A DNA stretch of 64,000 bases. Source: Squalus acanthias (Eukaryota). The notes below the pieces were generated by a model that saw nothing but the letters and a program-made list of their open reading frames with translations, had not been told where the DNA came from and did not search any database. Location: NCBI GenBank assembly GCA_030390025.1, contig CM059431.1:103666001-103730000 (forward strand), read 5' to 3'. Both the position numbers and the translations under genes were made by a program. This document shows, piece after piece, positions 51,467 through 62,740 of the stretch (position 1 is the first letter of the stretch; each line of letters starts with the position of its first letter).

Positions 51467-52394
51467 TAGCTTTTTAATTCCAGAATTTTTTTATTTAATT
51501 AACTGAATTTAAATCCCCCATGTTCAGATCATTAGTCCAGACCTCTAGGATGACTAGTCCAGTAACATAACCACTATGCTACCGTGCCCCGGTAGATTAT
51601 ACCAAGTTGAGTTATGAATACAGGTTTATTGGCTGTAACATATCAACCAGAAGTTTTTAAGTTAACTACAAGTCAATCTTGATCTGATGAATTTTGGCCT
51701 ATTTGGATATTATTTCCGAATGTGTTGAGTTCAGATCGATTGAGCTTCTGAATATAAACAAGAAGAATGGAAAGTTTTACAACATATAAAACATAAAGCA
51801 ATCTGCAAAACAGTTTTGCACCTTTAAGAGATTCTAACTTGAACATCAGGTTTAGCGAGGCAGAGTGATAGTGTTCTGACTCATACTCCCTTCGCAGGCT
51901 GAAGCCTATTAATTACAGATAATTATTCTGTAATGTGCTTCTTAATGACAGCATCTGTCTCTGTGCACTTCCATCACAGAGGTCTGAAATTCTGTTGAAT
52001 GAATAAACGGAAAAAGTTTTCATTGTGTAAAAGTAAAAGTTAATGCAATCTCAAACGTAGGCTTGTACCTGGGAACTGGGCAAACTGATATTGGTAATGA
52101 GGAAAATAGATTGGAGGAGAAACATTCTTTAATGGAGTGATTATTTAAAAGTACTCAAAGCAGAACATTATGGACATTCATTTGTTATTCTGAATTCCTC
52201 CATAACTTATTAATTCAATTCTAGCCGTCTTCAAATATTTATTTATTGACTTAACCATTAATATTGAGGCCCTAAACCAGATGAATGTGCACTATCATTC
52301 AAGACTATTTGCTGTTAAAGCAGTAACGTTAAGAACTGAATGCAAAACCTGATTAGAGAAAGTTCAGAACAGCACAGAAAATGTTTCATTTTGC

Positions 52395-52850
52395 GTGTCA
52401 GCCGTGGTTCAGTGCACAGCACTCTTGCTTCAGAAGGTTGTGGGTTCAAGCCCCACTCCAGGGACTTGATCACAAAAATCTAGGCTGACACTCCCAGTGC
52501 AGTACTGAGGGAGCGCCGCAGTGTCGGAGGTGCCGTCTTTCAGATGAGATGTTAAACCGAGGCCCCGTCTGCCCTCTCAGGTGGACGTAAAAGCTCCCAC
52601 GGCACTATTTCAAAGAAGAGCGGGGGAGTTCTCCCCAGTGTCCTGGCCAATATTTATCCCTCAACCAACATCAGTAAAAAACAGATTATCCGGTCATTAT
52701 CACATTGCTGTTTGTGGGAGCTTGCTGTGTGCATATTGGCTGCTGTGTTTCCTACATTACAACAGTGACCACACTTCAAAAGTACTTCATTGGCTGTAAA
52801 GCGCTTTGACATGTCCGTTGGTCGTGAAAGACGTGATAGAAATGTCTTTG
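52395..52850 (+). mobile_element. SacSINE1-like SINE
   Basis: Full-length copy. Confidence 0.85.
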
Positions 52851-52952
52851 TTTTTCTCTTCCTTTCAAATTTTACTCTAATTTACTGTTAGGTAAACAAT
52901 CAGTGACAGTAAGAGTACATAGAACATAGGAAAGTAGAGGCCCAAAAATGAC

Positions 52953-53430
52953 ACAACAACAACAACTTGTATTTATATAGCACCTTTAATGTAGTAAAAC
53001 GTCACAAGGCGCGGCACAGGAGTATTATAAGACAAAAAATTTGACACCGAGTCACATAAGGAGAAATTAGGGCAGATGACCAAAAGCTTGGTCAAAGAGG
53101 TAGGTTTTAAGGAGCTTCTTAAAGGAGGAAAGAGAGGTAGCGAGGCGGAGAGGTTTAGACAGGGCATTCCAGAGCTAAGGACCCAGGCAACAGAAGGCAT
53201 GGACACCAAAGGCTGAGCGATTATAATCAGGGATGCTCAAGAGGGCAGAATTAGAGGAGCGCAGATATCTCGGGGGCTGAAGGAGATTCCAGAGATAGGG
53301 AGGGGCGAGGCCATGGAGGGATTTGAAAACAAAGATGAGAATTTTGAAATCGAGGCGTTGCTTAACCAGGAGCCAATGTAGGTCAGCGAGCACAGGGGTG
53401 ATGGGTGAACGGGACTTGGTGCGAGTGAGG
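52953..53430 (-). mobile_element. L2 3' fragment
   Basis: SPITPVLADLHWL...FKILIFVFKSLHGLAPPYL. Confidence 0.9.
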
Positions 53431-53949
53431 ACACATTTGCTCAGCCCCAAACACTAATAACTCTCAATTTCCCATTTCCTCAAATAGCTGTGCAATTCCC
53501 CCTTACACTTGCTGCACTATCTGCCCCCACCACCTTTCTGGGCTGTACATACTACAGTACATAGTTTACATTCTAACAGTGTTAGCGGTGGCTCAGTTTA
53601 TAGCAACTCTGAGTCAGGACAATGTGCGTTCAAGACCCACTTAGGAGACTTCAGAACAAAATCTCGGCCAACAATCCCGAAAAGAGTGCTTCACTGCTAG
53701 AGATGCTGTTGTTTGAATGAGACGTTAAACCGAGGCCCCGTCTGCCCTCTCAGTTGGATGTGAAAGATCCCACGGCCACTATTTCGAAGAAGAGCAGGGG
53801 AGTTATCCCCGGTGTCCTGGCCAATATTTATCCTTCAACCAACATCACTAAAACAGATGATCTGGTCATTTATCACATTGCTGTTTGTGGGAGCTTGCTG
53901 TGCGCAAATTGGCTGCCGTGTTTCCTACATTACAACAGTGACTACACTT

Positions 53950-54143
53950 TGTCGTAAGAATGAGCCTTACGCGTGGTGAACTTAAAGTAAGCTTTAATCA
54001 ACTAAAAAGGTGCTACATACAAAAGAGGTCTTATTCTATGCCTCTCCAGGATCCAACTGATCAGTCCAGTATTTATCCTGGACTAATCACAGGAAGTGAT
54101 GCAATAAAGTTCGAGTCACAGGAAGCTGTATTGTGTTACCACA
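53950..54143 (-). repeat. 3' LTR of Gypsy element
   Basis: Direct repeat of 56936-57129; adjacent to the PPT. Confidence 0.95.
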
Positions 54144-54161
54144 TTCTCCCCCCCCAAAAGA

Positions 54162-56765
54162 TTAGGAGGCCGGGATGCTCCCTCCATTTCGTAGCCGCTG
54201 GACGAGGGAGAGCCGCACCCGTTTGGGTTCTCGTAGCGGTAGAGGGCCCCTAGCCCGTTTACCTGCCGTGGGCCGTGGACCAGAGTCCGAGTGATCCAGC
54301 CCGCTCTGTGAGGGGTCAGGACGATCCTGACTGTGTACTGGTGCCCGAACGGGTGTCGGGCAGGGCTGTGGCAGATCCGTTTCCGAGCGTACGGTACGGG
54401 GTGGATCGTGGCTGCGCGTGCGAGCCCCGACGGGCTCATAGTCAGTCTGCCCCAGGTCGGCACGCTGGAGTGAGGTACCAGCCAGCGTCAGATCCAGATC
54501 GTGATGAGAGGCACCTGGCGAGCCCAGAGATGTGCCTGGTACAATATCATCCCCTGGTGTCCCTCTATGTTTCGGCGGGCAGGGAGCCAGATCCCGCAAT
54601 GACACGGTAGATTCCCGACCGTCAGGATACCGAATATAGGCGTAGGTAGGGTTGACGTCAGTGAGCTCAACCTCATCTACCAGGGGGTCATTCTTAGACG
54701 CCCGGACATATCTTCGGAGTAGCACTGGTCCCGGTGCAGTCAGCCACGACGGGAGAGATATCCCATAGGATGAGCGACGCTGAAATCGGAAGAACCGTTC
54801 ATGAGGCGTCGTATTTGTGGCGGTCGAAAGGAGGGACCGTGTGGAGTGTAATGCGTCTGGAAGTACTGCTTCCCATTGCTGGTTGGGTAGGCCCCGAGAC
54901 CGCAAAGCCAGACGTACCGCATTCCAGATGATAGCGTTAAAACGCTCGACTTGCCCATTCCCGACTGGATGATAAGGCGTCGTTTTGCTGGCAGCAATAC
55001 CCCGTTCCGAGAGATAGGCCTTGAGTTCTCCTGACATAAAAGAAGAGCCCCGATCTGAATGAACATAGGATGCCATGCCACAGAAAGCAAATACCTGCTC
55101 AAGGCAGCTGATAACCGTGGTCGTCAGCATATTGGGGCAGGGAAAGGCAAACGGAAAACGGGAATACTCATCGACCATGGTCAATAGATAAGTGTTGCGA
55201 GTTGAAGAGGGCAACGGCCCCTTAAAATCGATGCTAAGCCGTTGCATTGGCTGGGTCGCATGTATGAGTATACCACCCGAGGGGCGGAAAAACTGAGGTT
55301 TCAATTCCGCACAGACTCTGCAGTCCGAGCACATCTTCTTTACATCCCCGGTAGAGAATGAGAGATTTCGGGACCGCACGAAGTGTAGCATGCGAGTAAC
55401 GCCCGGATGACACAACCCATCATGGATGTCTACGAGCGTAGAGGGTGCCATGGCGGAGCAGAATGCTCGTGTGAGGTTATCCGGAGCCACATTCTCCTTG
55501 CCAGGTCGATAGTGGATGGTGTAACCAAAAGAGGCCAATTCCAGCCGCCAAAGCTGGATTTTATTATTTTTAATTTTGGTCCGTTTTCGATTATCGAGCA
55601 TGAAGGCGACCGATCGCTGGTCCGTGATTAAGGTAAAGTGCTGGCGAGCTAGGAGATGAGTCCACTTCCGTACTGCCTCTATGATGGCTGTAGCTTCTTT
55701 CTCGACTGGAGGATATTGTAGCTCAGCCCCTTGAAAAGTCCTGGATAAAAATGCCACCGGACGACCTTCCTGATTCAGAGTGGCCGAGATCGCCACCTCC
55801 GAGGCATCACACTCAACAACAAAAGGAAGACTCTCATCGATGGAGTGAAGAGCCGCTTTCTCCAACTGTTTTTTCAGGAGGTTAAAGGCTGCAACAGCCG
55901 CTGTGTCTCGTGGGAATGTGCTGGCCTTCAGTAGAGGTTGGATTCGGTCCGAGAAGTTAGGAATCCATTTAGCATAGTATGCAAACAGGCCGAGGGCCCG
56001 GCGCAAGGAGGCCGGATTCTTAGGTGGCGGGAGTTCTTGGAGTGGGCGAAGCCTTTCAGGGTCAGGTTTAATGATGCCATTGCCCACACAATAGCCAAGG
56101 ATGTTGATGGTTGGTTGTGACTCAATGGATTTAGCCGCATTTAATGTCAAATTACGGTGCTGGAGTGCGTCCCAAAATCGTTGGAGATTGGCGTCATGTT
56201 CCCGCTGATTGCGACCTGCGACAGTAATATTGTCCAGATAAGGAAACGTATCCTTCAAGTCTTCCTGTTTGACCAGGTCATCCATTGCTCGCTGGAAGAC
56301 AGCCACTCCATTAGTGACCCCAAAGGGGAGGCGACAAAATTGATACAGCCGTCCATTGGCTTCAAAGGCCGTATACTGCTTGTCTGAGACCTTCAAGGGT
56401 ACCTGATGATAGGCACTTTTCAGATCATATGTTGAGAACACCGTGTACTCAGCCAGGTTATTAACCATATCATCGATGCGCGGCAATGGGTATGCGTCCA
56501 AGTCCGTATATTGATTGATGGTCTGTGAATAGTCAATGCACAGCCGTTTCTTGTGAGGTTGTAGAGGGTTCTTAACAATAACGACCTGGGCGCGCCATGG
56601 CGACGAACAAGGCTCGATGATATCCTCTGCTAAAAGCCGAGAAATCTCAGCCGCAATAAAAGACTGGTCTTCCTGACTGAAACGTCGTGACTTTGTTATA
56701 ATCGGTTTGCATCGAGGAGGGATACTGGTAAACAGTGAGGGTTCATCCAGTGAAGCTGCTGACAA
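54162..56765 (-). CDS. Gypsy pol (RT, RNase H, integrase); open frame without its native start
   Basis: 867-aa ORF: RLCIDYSQTIN, DLKSAYHQ, LPFGVTN, YLDN (RT); ECDAS, EKEA, TDQRS (RNase H); H-x4-H...CxxC, IDFKGP, HSDRG, NGQVER (integrase). The listed start is TTG and an in-frame TGA lies shortly upstream. Confidence 0.9.
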   Translation of the reverse strand: MSAASLDEPSLFTSIPPRCKPIITKSRRFSQEDQSFIAAEISRLLAEDIIEPCSSPWRAQVVIVKNPLQPHKKRLCIDYSQTINQYTDLDAYPLPRIDDMVNNLAEYTVFSTYDLKSAYHQVPLKVSDKQYTAFEANGRLYQFCRLPFGVTNGVAVFQRAMDDLVKQEDLKDTFPYLDNITVAGRNQREHDANLQRFWDALQHRNLTLNAAKSIESQPTINILGYCVGNGIIKPDPERLRPLQELPPPKNPASLRRALGLFAYYAKWIPNFSDRIQPLLKASTFPRDTAAVAAFNLLKKQLEKAALHSIDESLPFVVECDASEVAISATLNQEGRPVAFLSRTFQGAELQYPPVEKEATAIIEAVRKWTHLLARQHFTLITDQRSVAFMLDNRKRTKIKNNKIQLWRLELASFGYTIHYRPGKENVAPDNLTRAFCSAMAPSTLVDIHDGLCHPGVTRMLHFVRSRNLSFSTGDVKKMCSDCRVCAELKPQFFRPSGGILIHATQPMQRLSIDFKGPLPSSTRNTYLLTMVDEYSRFPFAFPCPNMLTTTVISCLEQVFAFCGMASYVHSDRGSSFMSGELKAYLSERGIAASKTTPYHPVGNGQVERFNAIIWNAVRLALRSRGLPNQQWEAVLPDALHSTRSLLSTATNTTPHERFFRFQRRSSYGISLPSWLTAPGPVLLRRYVRASKNDPLVDEVELTDVNPTYAYIRYPDGRESTVSLRDLAPCPPKHRGTPGDDIVPGTSLGSPGASHHDLDLTLAGTSLQRADLGQTDYEPVGARTRSHDPPRTVRSETDLPQPCPTPVRAPVHSQDRPDPSQSGLDHSDSGPRPTAGKRARGPLPLREPKRVRLSLVQRLRNGGSIPAS

Positions 56766-56935
56766 TGCACAGAACGGTAATCGAGGTAGTATATTAGAAA
56801 TAGTGAGTTCAGGTTTGGATCCAAGTCAAGACGCGATGGTTTAAGGATGTTTTCCATGATGGGTGATTCCCTGGATCCTTAGTTCCGAGTTCGTCCAAAA
56901 AGTTTGAGTGCAAAGTTTTCCAAAGTTGATTAAAT

Positions 56936-57129
56936 TGTCGTAAGAATGAGCCTTACGCGTGGTAAACTTAAAGTAAGCTTTAATCAACTAAAAAGGTGCT
57001 ACATACAAAAGAGGTCTTACTCTATGCCTCTCCAGGATCCAACTGATCAGTCCAGTATTTATCCTGGACTAATCACAGGAAGTGATGCAATAAAGTTCGA
57101 GTCACAGGAAGCTGTATTGTGTTACCACA
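56936..57129 (-). repeat. 5' LTR of Gypsy element
   Basis: Direct repeat of 53950-54143; GATAAATA TATA-like motif and ATTAAA poly(A)-like signal on the minus strand. Confidence 0.95.
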
Positions 57130-57359
57130 CACTTCAAAAGTACTTCATTGGTTGCAAAGCGCTTTGGGACGTCCTGAGGTCGTGAAAGGTGCTATATAAA
57201 TATAAATTCTTCCTTTAGTCACCTCTGTGTACACTAACGTGTTCATACAGAAATCAGAGCAGTGCAAGTTGGATTTCTGTTACATAAGAACATAAGAATT
57301 AGGAGCATTATTAGGCCGTATGGCCCATTGAGCCTGCTCCACCATTCAATAAGATCTTC

Positions 57360-59291
57360 TGCCATCCCTGAACAGACCCGACACCAAGCGGCGGGTCAGC
57401 CAATTTAGATACTTAAAAGCTTGTTAAAAGGAAGTTAAGCAGGATTTTGCCATGTACTTACCATTTTACCAGCTTTTCCACGAGTTTCCCGGCGCGAGGG
57501 GATTATGTCAGGTAAGTCGGTCGGGTGTTGTGTCAGCATGGAATGATTTATTAACCTGACAACTGCAAATGGTCTATGACAGCTCCCATTTCATAGGTCT
57601 TCACTTTCCAGGCCCAGAAACTGTTGCTTACTGCATTTAGAAGACAGGTTGACCTTTATGCAGCTAGCAAGTGTTTGGAGCAAACTCTCTGTCCAGTGTC
57701 AACTCATTGGAACAACCTCTCTCACCATTGACAGATCGCTTCTGTCATCTCAACCTCACCTGCCATCTATTCCATCAGCATCGGTGCCCTTGAGAAAATC
57801 TCACCTTGGTCCTCAGAATCCCAACACGATCAGCCCCAACACCAACATCACCAACATCCACGCCAACCTTCTCCGCAATCAACTGATGCTGCACAGGACA
57901 CAGGGCATCAGCACCAAACCACATTGCTGCCTGGGATGCCAGCGATGGCCTCACCATGTCCAGATTTGCTTCACTTAACACTGTACATCCTGGCTGCCAC
58001 ATGATGCATCAGGTTGGCACCACCCCATACCAGCACCATAAGGCATCCCTACAATGTCCAAGTCATTCCTTTCACACTCATCACCATTTGGGGGAGGCAG
58101 GGGACGTTATGTCTCACCATTCACTGGAACTCACTTTCAAAGGTGCACACAAATCTATCCAAGAAGGCAAAGTGGTGAAAATAAGGATTTCAATGCTTGA
58201 CAACACATTAACAGAAACTTTACATGAACATTGGCTGAAGCACACAAGTGCCTACCCTTGTGTGTTGTTAGTTTGAATGATTGGACAGGGATGAGGGTGA
58301 GTGTGAGGGGTGGCTAGTGAGATGGGGAAGTGATAATGTAGATAGAGAGGGATGGGTGGAGGTGTAAGGTAAGTTGGTGTGAGTAAGGATGTGCAGGAGT
58401 ACTGTAGGGGAGGCAGAGTGATGTGGATGTGATGAGTGGCACAGGAGGATGAGGCTGAGTGTGGCTTTGCAGTAACGTTTCCTGATCTACTATGTTAGAA
58501 TTATAGAATCATAGAAATTTACAGCACGGAAGGAGGCCATTTTGGCCCATCGTGTCCACGCCAGCCGAAAAAGAGCTATCCAGCCTAATCCCACTTTCCA
58601 GCTCTTGGTCCGTAGCCCTGTAGGTTACGGCGCTTCAAGTGCACATCCAAGCACTTTTTAAATGTGGTGAGGGTTTCTGCCTCTACCACCCTTTCAGGCA
58701 GTGAGTTCCAGACCCCCACCACCCTCTGGGTGAAAAAATTTCCCCTCAATCCCCTCTAAACCTCCGACCAATTACTTTAAATCTATGATCATTGAAAGGT
58801 TGGCACCACTGCAGCCTGGTCCTCCTGACAACATCCCTGCTTGTGTCCTCCTGTGCAATGTGTATCCAGGCTGCTTTGGTGTCCTGGGGAGATCTCTTCT
58901 GCCCATTGGAAGGGAAGAGAACCTCCCTGCATGCTGTGACTCCCTCCATAAGCATATGGAGACAGTCTTGGGAGAGCCTGGGTGCAGCCATGCACCTCTG
59001 TGCAGTGATTGTCAGTGTTTGCAGCACCTCAATGCTGTAGAACACTGACAGCACAACTGTCAAAATGAATGTGGACATGGCCCCTTTAAGGAAACCGGCT
59101 GATGACGCGTCATCAAATGACGTCATCAGACCCGCTTCCTTTTAATTGGCCGGGAACTTCGCAGGGCGGGCTTAATAAGCCCAATCAGGGCAAAGTCACT
59201 TGGAGGAGGCGGGGTGAAGACGGGAGCGGGGTTCAAGGCCGCTGTCTACTCCGGCCGCACCGGACTCACCACGGCTGGCGAAATCGCGGCC
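57360..59291 (-). mobile_element. Degraded Harbinger derivative with a Myb-like exon (58785-59000), split by a CR1
   Basis: APRLSQDCLHMLMEGV...EVLFP...AAWIHIAQE...FND resembles the 41055 exon; right part resembles MITE 9356-10213. Left boundary uncertain. Confidence 0.7.
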
Positions 59292-59699
59292 ATAGAATGG
59301 TTACAGCACAGAAGGAGGCCATTTGGCCCTTCGAGCCCGTGCCGGCTCTCTGCAAGAGCACTTCAGTTAGTCCCACTCCCCCACCCTTTCCCCGTAGCCC
59401 TGCAAATTTTTTTCCTTCAGTTACTTATCCAATTCCCTTTTGAAAGCCACGACTGAATCTGCCTCCACCACCCTCTCAAGCAGTGCATTCCAGATCCTAA
59501 CCACTCGCTGTGTAAAAAAGTCTTTCCTCATGTCTCCTTTGGTTCTTCTGTCAATCACCTTAAATCTGTGTCCTCTGGTTCTCGATCCTTCTGCCGATGG
59601 GAACAGTTTCTCGCTATCTACTCTGTCTAGACCCCTCATGATTTTTTCGTGTTGTGAATCCCATAGAAGTTTGCTTTTGGAATGCCTTAGGTCGGACAA

Positions 59700-60706
59700 T
59701 AGCACCCATCACAATATCATGCCTGTAATGGTGTGATATCTACGCTACAGATCATCTGGAGAAACAGCAGAAGTCATTTTACTCGCCTGTGAGAGCAAAT
59801 GGCCTGAAGCACAGACAGCAAATAAGTGGTAATGTCACATCTATCAACCTAGGTCACACCTTTCAATCCAGATTGGCTTATTTCTGTTCCCTTGCCATTG
59901 CCAGCAAGTGATCCATTTTTTTTCCTATTACATGTGACCTGCATGTTTATTGAACTCGAACCCCTTTCTGTTCAGGTCGGTCGTGTAATTGTGGCTTGGT
60001 GTCCATATCTGAAGATGTGGGTCAGTCTCACACTCCTGGCACCCATCGAAGATGAGCAATTGCAACAAACAAGAGCTACTGCAGAGCCGCTTGTTGCTCT
60101 TGAGAAATGGATGAAGCTTTCTCCCTTTAGGAGAGGAGCATCCATCACTTCCCATCGGTAATTTGACATTGTGGACTGTGCAATGCCAATGTAATCCCTC
60201 TCTGGGTGCCTGGAAGCAGCCCGTAGCATAAAAATTGATTGCAGTTACCTTCACCATCGCTGGTAGAGTGGTGACAACTAGGCATGGGAATTCCCGTTAG
60301 TTGTTGAGCATGTGGCAGACGTCAGAGAGAATATCTCTGATGAGGGGCACGCATGGCTGGCCACTCAAGGTCAAATAGTTTTTCCTTGGCTTATACAGCT
60401 TCTGTATAGGATTCTCTTCTGTCCTCTATACGCTCCATCTCCCACCACTATCTTACTTTTAATACTGAGTACTGTCAAACATGATGAACATCCTAGTCAT
60501 GTCAGGAATCTCTTGAGCTCTCAAGTTTACTCAGGGCCAGGGTTGGTATTTAACTATTTTAAGGTCAGAAAGAGCTTGGCCTTGTGGTCTGATATTCAAT
60601 GCCATTGAATGCAATGGAACTGAATGAATATCAGTCGCTGTGTATAAGGGGCGGCTGATCTGATACCGCCCGTTGTGCGCCACTGCCTGAGACGAATTTC
60701 CAGGCC
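59700..60706 (-). mobile_element. Degraded Harbinger transposase remnant
   Basis: VKVTAINFYATGCFQA; terminal GAATTTCCAGGCC. Confidence 0.7.
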
Positions 60707-61419
60707 AGTATGTTTATATAATACACAGAATACCATTTCAACTTATTTGAGCCACATCACATTCTAATAATTGACTCAATCGCTGTTTTCCTTTGACCAA
60801 AGCAGCTTGCTAATACGGCTCGCTTCAAGATTATTTGTGGAAAACGCGGCGCGGCAGTAACTGAAAGAAAATGTTATGGAGAATACGTTGCCACTTTCGG
60901 TGGTTACGGTGATGTCGCAGCCCAACAGCGAGAGTTTTAGAAAGGGTTGGCATCTGCCACTGGCAATGCGACACCAATGCTGGAGCATGGCTGGAGGACA
61001 CACCACAGGTACGGCCTCTCTACAGAGGCGCTGCCTCCTGATACGAGGTGCCGGTTGGCGGGTACGTTGATGGTGTGGTCAGTGCACCAATGGTGCCACT
61101 TGACCTACCAGTCATCCCGCAATTGTTCGTCATCTTTTTTCCCCTGGGAAACATAAAGATAGTGCGAATCACTTTGGCAATCACTTGTTGCCACTCAAAG
61201 AGCAAAGAAATCATTGCAAACTACACACTAAAGCAACTTCCCAGCAAAGTTTCAAAGTCAAAAAAAAAAACTCTCTGGAACATATCTAGAAAATAATGCA
61301 GTTTTCATTTTCAATATTACATATTACATCGTGTTGACAACACAGAAACAGGTCATTCGGTCCAACTGATCCATGCCGGTGTTTATGCTCCACGCGAACC
61401 TCCTCCCATCCTACTTTTT

Positions 61420-61672
61420 AAAAATGTATTCATGTGATGTGGGCGTCGCTGGCCAGTCCAGCATTTATTGCCCATCCCCTAATTGCCCTTGAGAAGGTGG
61501 TGGTGAGCCGCCTTCTTGAACCGCTGCAGTCCGTGTGGTGAAGGTGCTCCCACAGTGCTGTTAGGGAGGGAGTTCCAGGATTTTGATCCGGCAATGATGA
61601 AGGAACGGCCGATATATTTCCAAGTCAGGATGGTGTGTGACTTGGAGGGGAACTTGAAAGTGGTGGTGTTCC
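61420..61672 (-). mobile_element. LINE family B 3' fragment inside a CR1-type tail
   Basis: Same sequence as 8305-8560. Confidence 0.85.
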
Positions 61673-62740
61673 CTCATCTCACCCGATCAGCATATCCTTC
61701 TATTCCTTTCTCCCTCATGTACATTTCTGGTTTAAGCAGGAGACTGGGTAGAACACTTCTGCATCTTGGGTTCCAATCCAACTTAGACTAGTTGAATCAA
61801 AGTGTCTTCCTGCTAACGGGAAGGATCCTATTTGAAACAACTTTGGGCAATCTCAACACATCAATTCTTTGTGAGTGCGAGTCTACAATACTAAATGATT
61901 TATGAATTGGAATTACATAGAATTTACATAGAATATCCACTCTCTGTATGCAGTTAAAGACCGGTCACCCTGACTGTGTATCAATGAAGTCTGTTCCGTA
62001 TACTCCACTACGAAGTCTCGTGCTTACTCGAAACATGTTGTTGTGAACCAGAGGAGAAAGGAGGTTGACTACTTAGCATTGTGTTAATGGAGTTTTGTAG
62101 AGCAGGAAGAGTAGGCAATGGTTGGAGTCAAATAACCCAGCCCAAAAAAATGTACAGGACAATTCCCTCCGGGTGCTGCAATGGACTTTCAACCGGAGGC
62201 TGGCAAGTTCTTGGCCTAACCTTCATTTGCCAATAGCTCTGTCCTTACTGAGTGATTTTTTTTACCAGTTCGATGTCAGATTGTTGAATGAGCTTGATAT
62301 GACATTGAGCAGGGAGGAGTTGAAATACTGACACAAGCGGTCCCATCCCACAGAAGCTCACTTTCTGCAAACCAAGTTATTGCAAGAGTGACAGTAACAG
62401 TGACAAAGAAAAATTACACATGTCCGATCTGCACAAAATATTCTTTTGGGTTCAGTGTCACCGGGCATTCCCATAAGAGGATTTTACGTTCCCTACGCTT
62501 AGGAGTTTACCTATATTGATGAATATTTAGTCATGTGATTGAGTCAGCGTGAACTGGAAGCGTAACAATAACATGTCCAACAATGAACCAAGAAACTGCT
62601 CTAATTTACATGAAATATATAAATGAACAGAGTACAGTTTCAATGAAGTTCAATCCACTGTTGCTCCTTATAGCAACAAAAACAATAAATTATGCAAATT
62701 TAGTGAGTGATATGAGCCTAGCTTCACTTTACAAGTCAGT

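Larger units (their letters stand above)
53950..57129 (-). mobile_element. Gypsy/Ty3 LTR retrotransposon, gag-protease deleted, nested in a SINE
   Basis: Two 194-bp TG...CA LTRs (53950-54143, 56936-57129) with 2 mismatches; TSD CACTT at 53945-53949 and 57130-57134; polypurine tract GGGGGGGGAGAA next to the 3' LTR; domain order RT-RNaseH-IN. Confidence 0.96.
53578..57212 (+). mobile_element. SacSINE1-like SINE (53578-53949 plus 57130-57212), split by the Gypsy element
   Basis: Family sequence GACTACACTT|CAAAAGTACTTC is interrupted exactly at the TSD. Confidence 0.88.

Noticed and set aside
53960..54253. ORFs starting MSLTRG at 53960 and 56946
   Set aside because: Antisense readings of the two LTRs, running into unrelated sequence.
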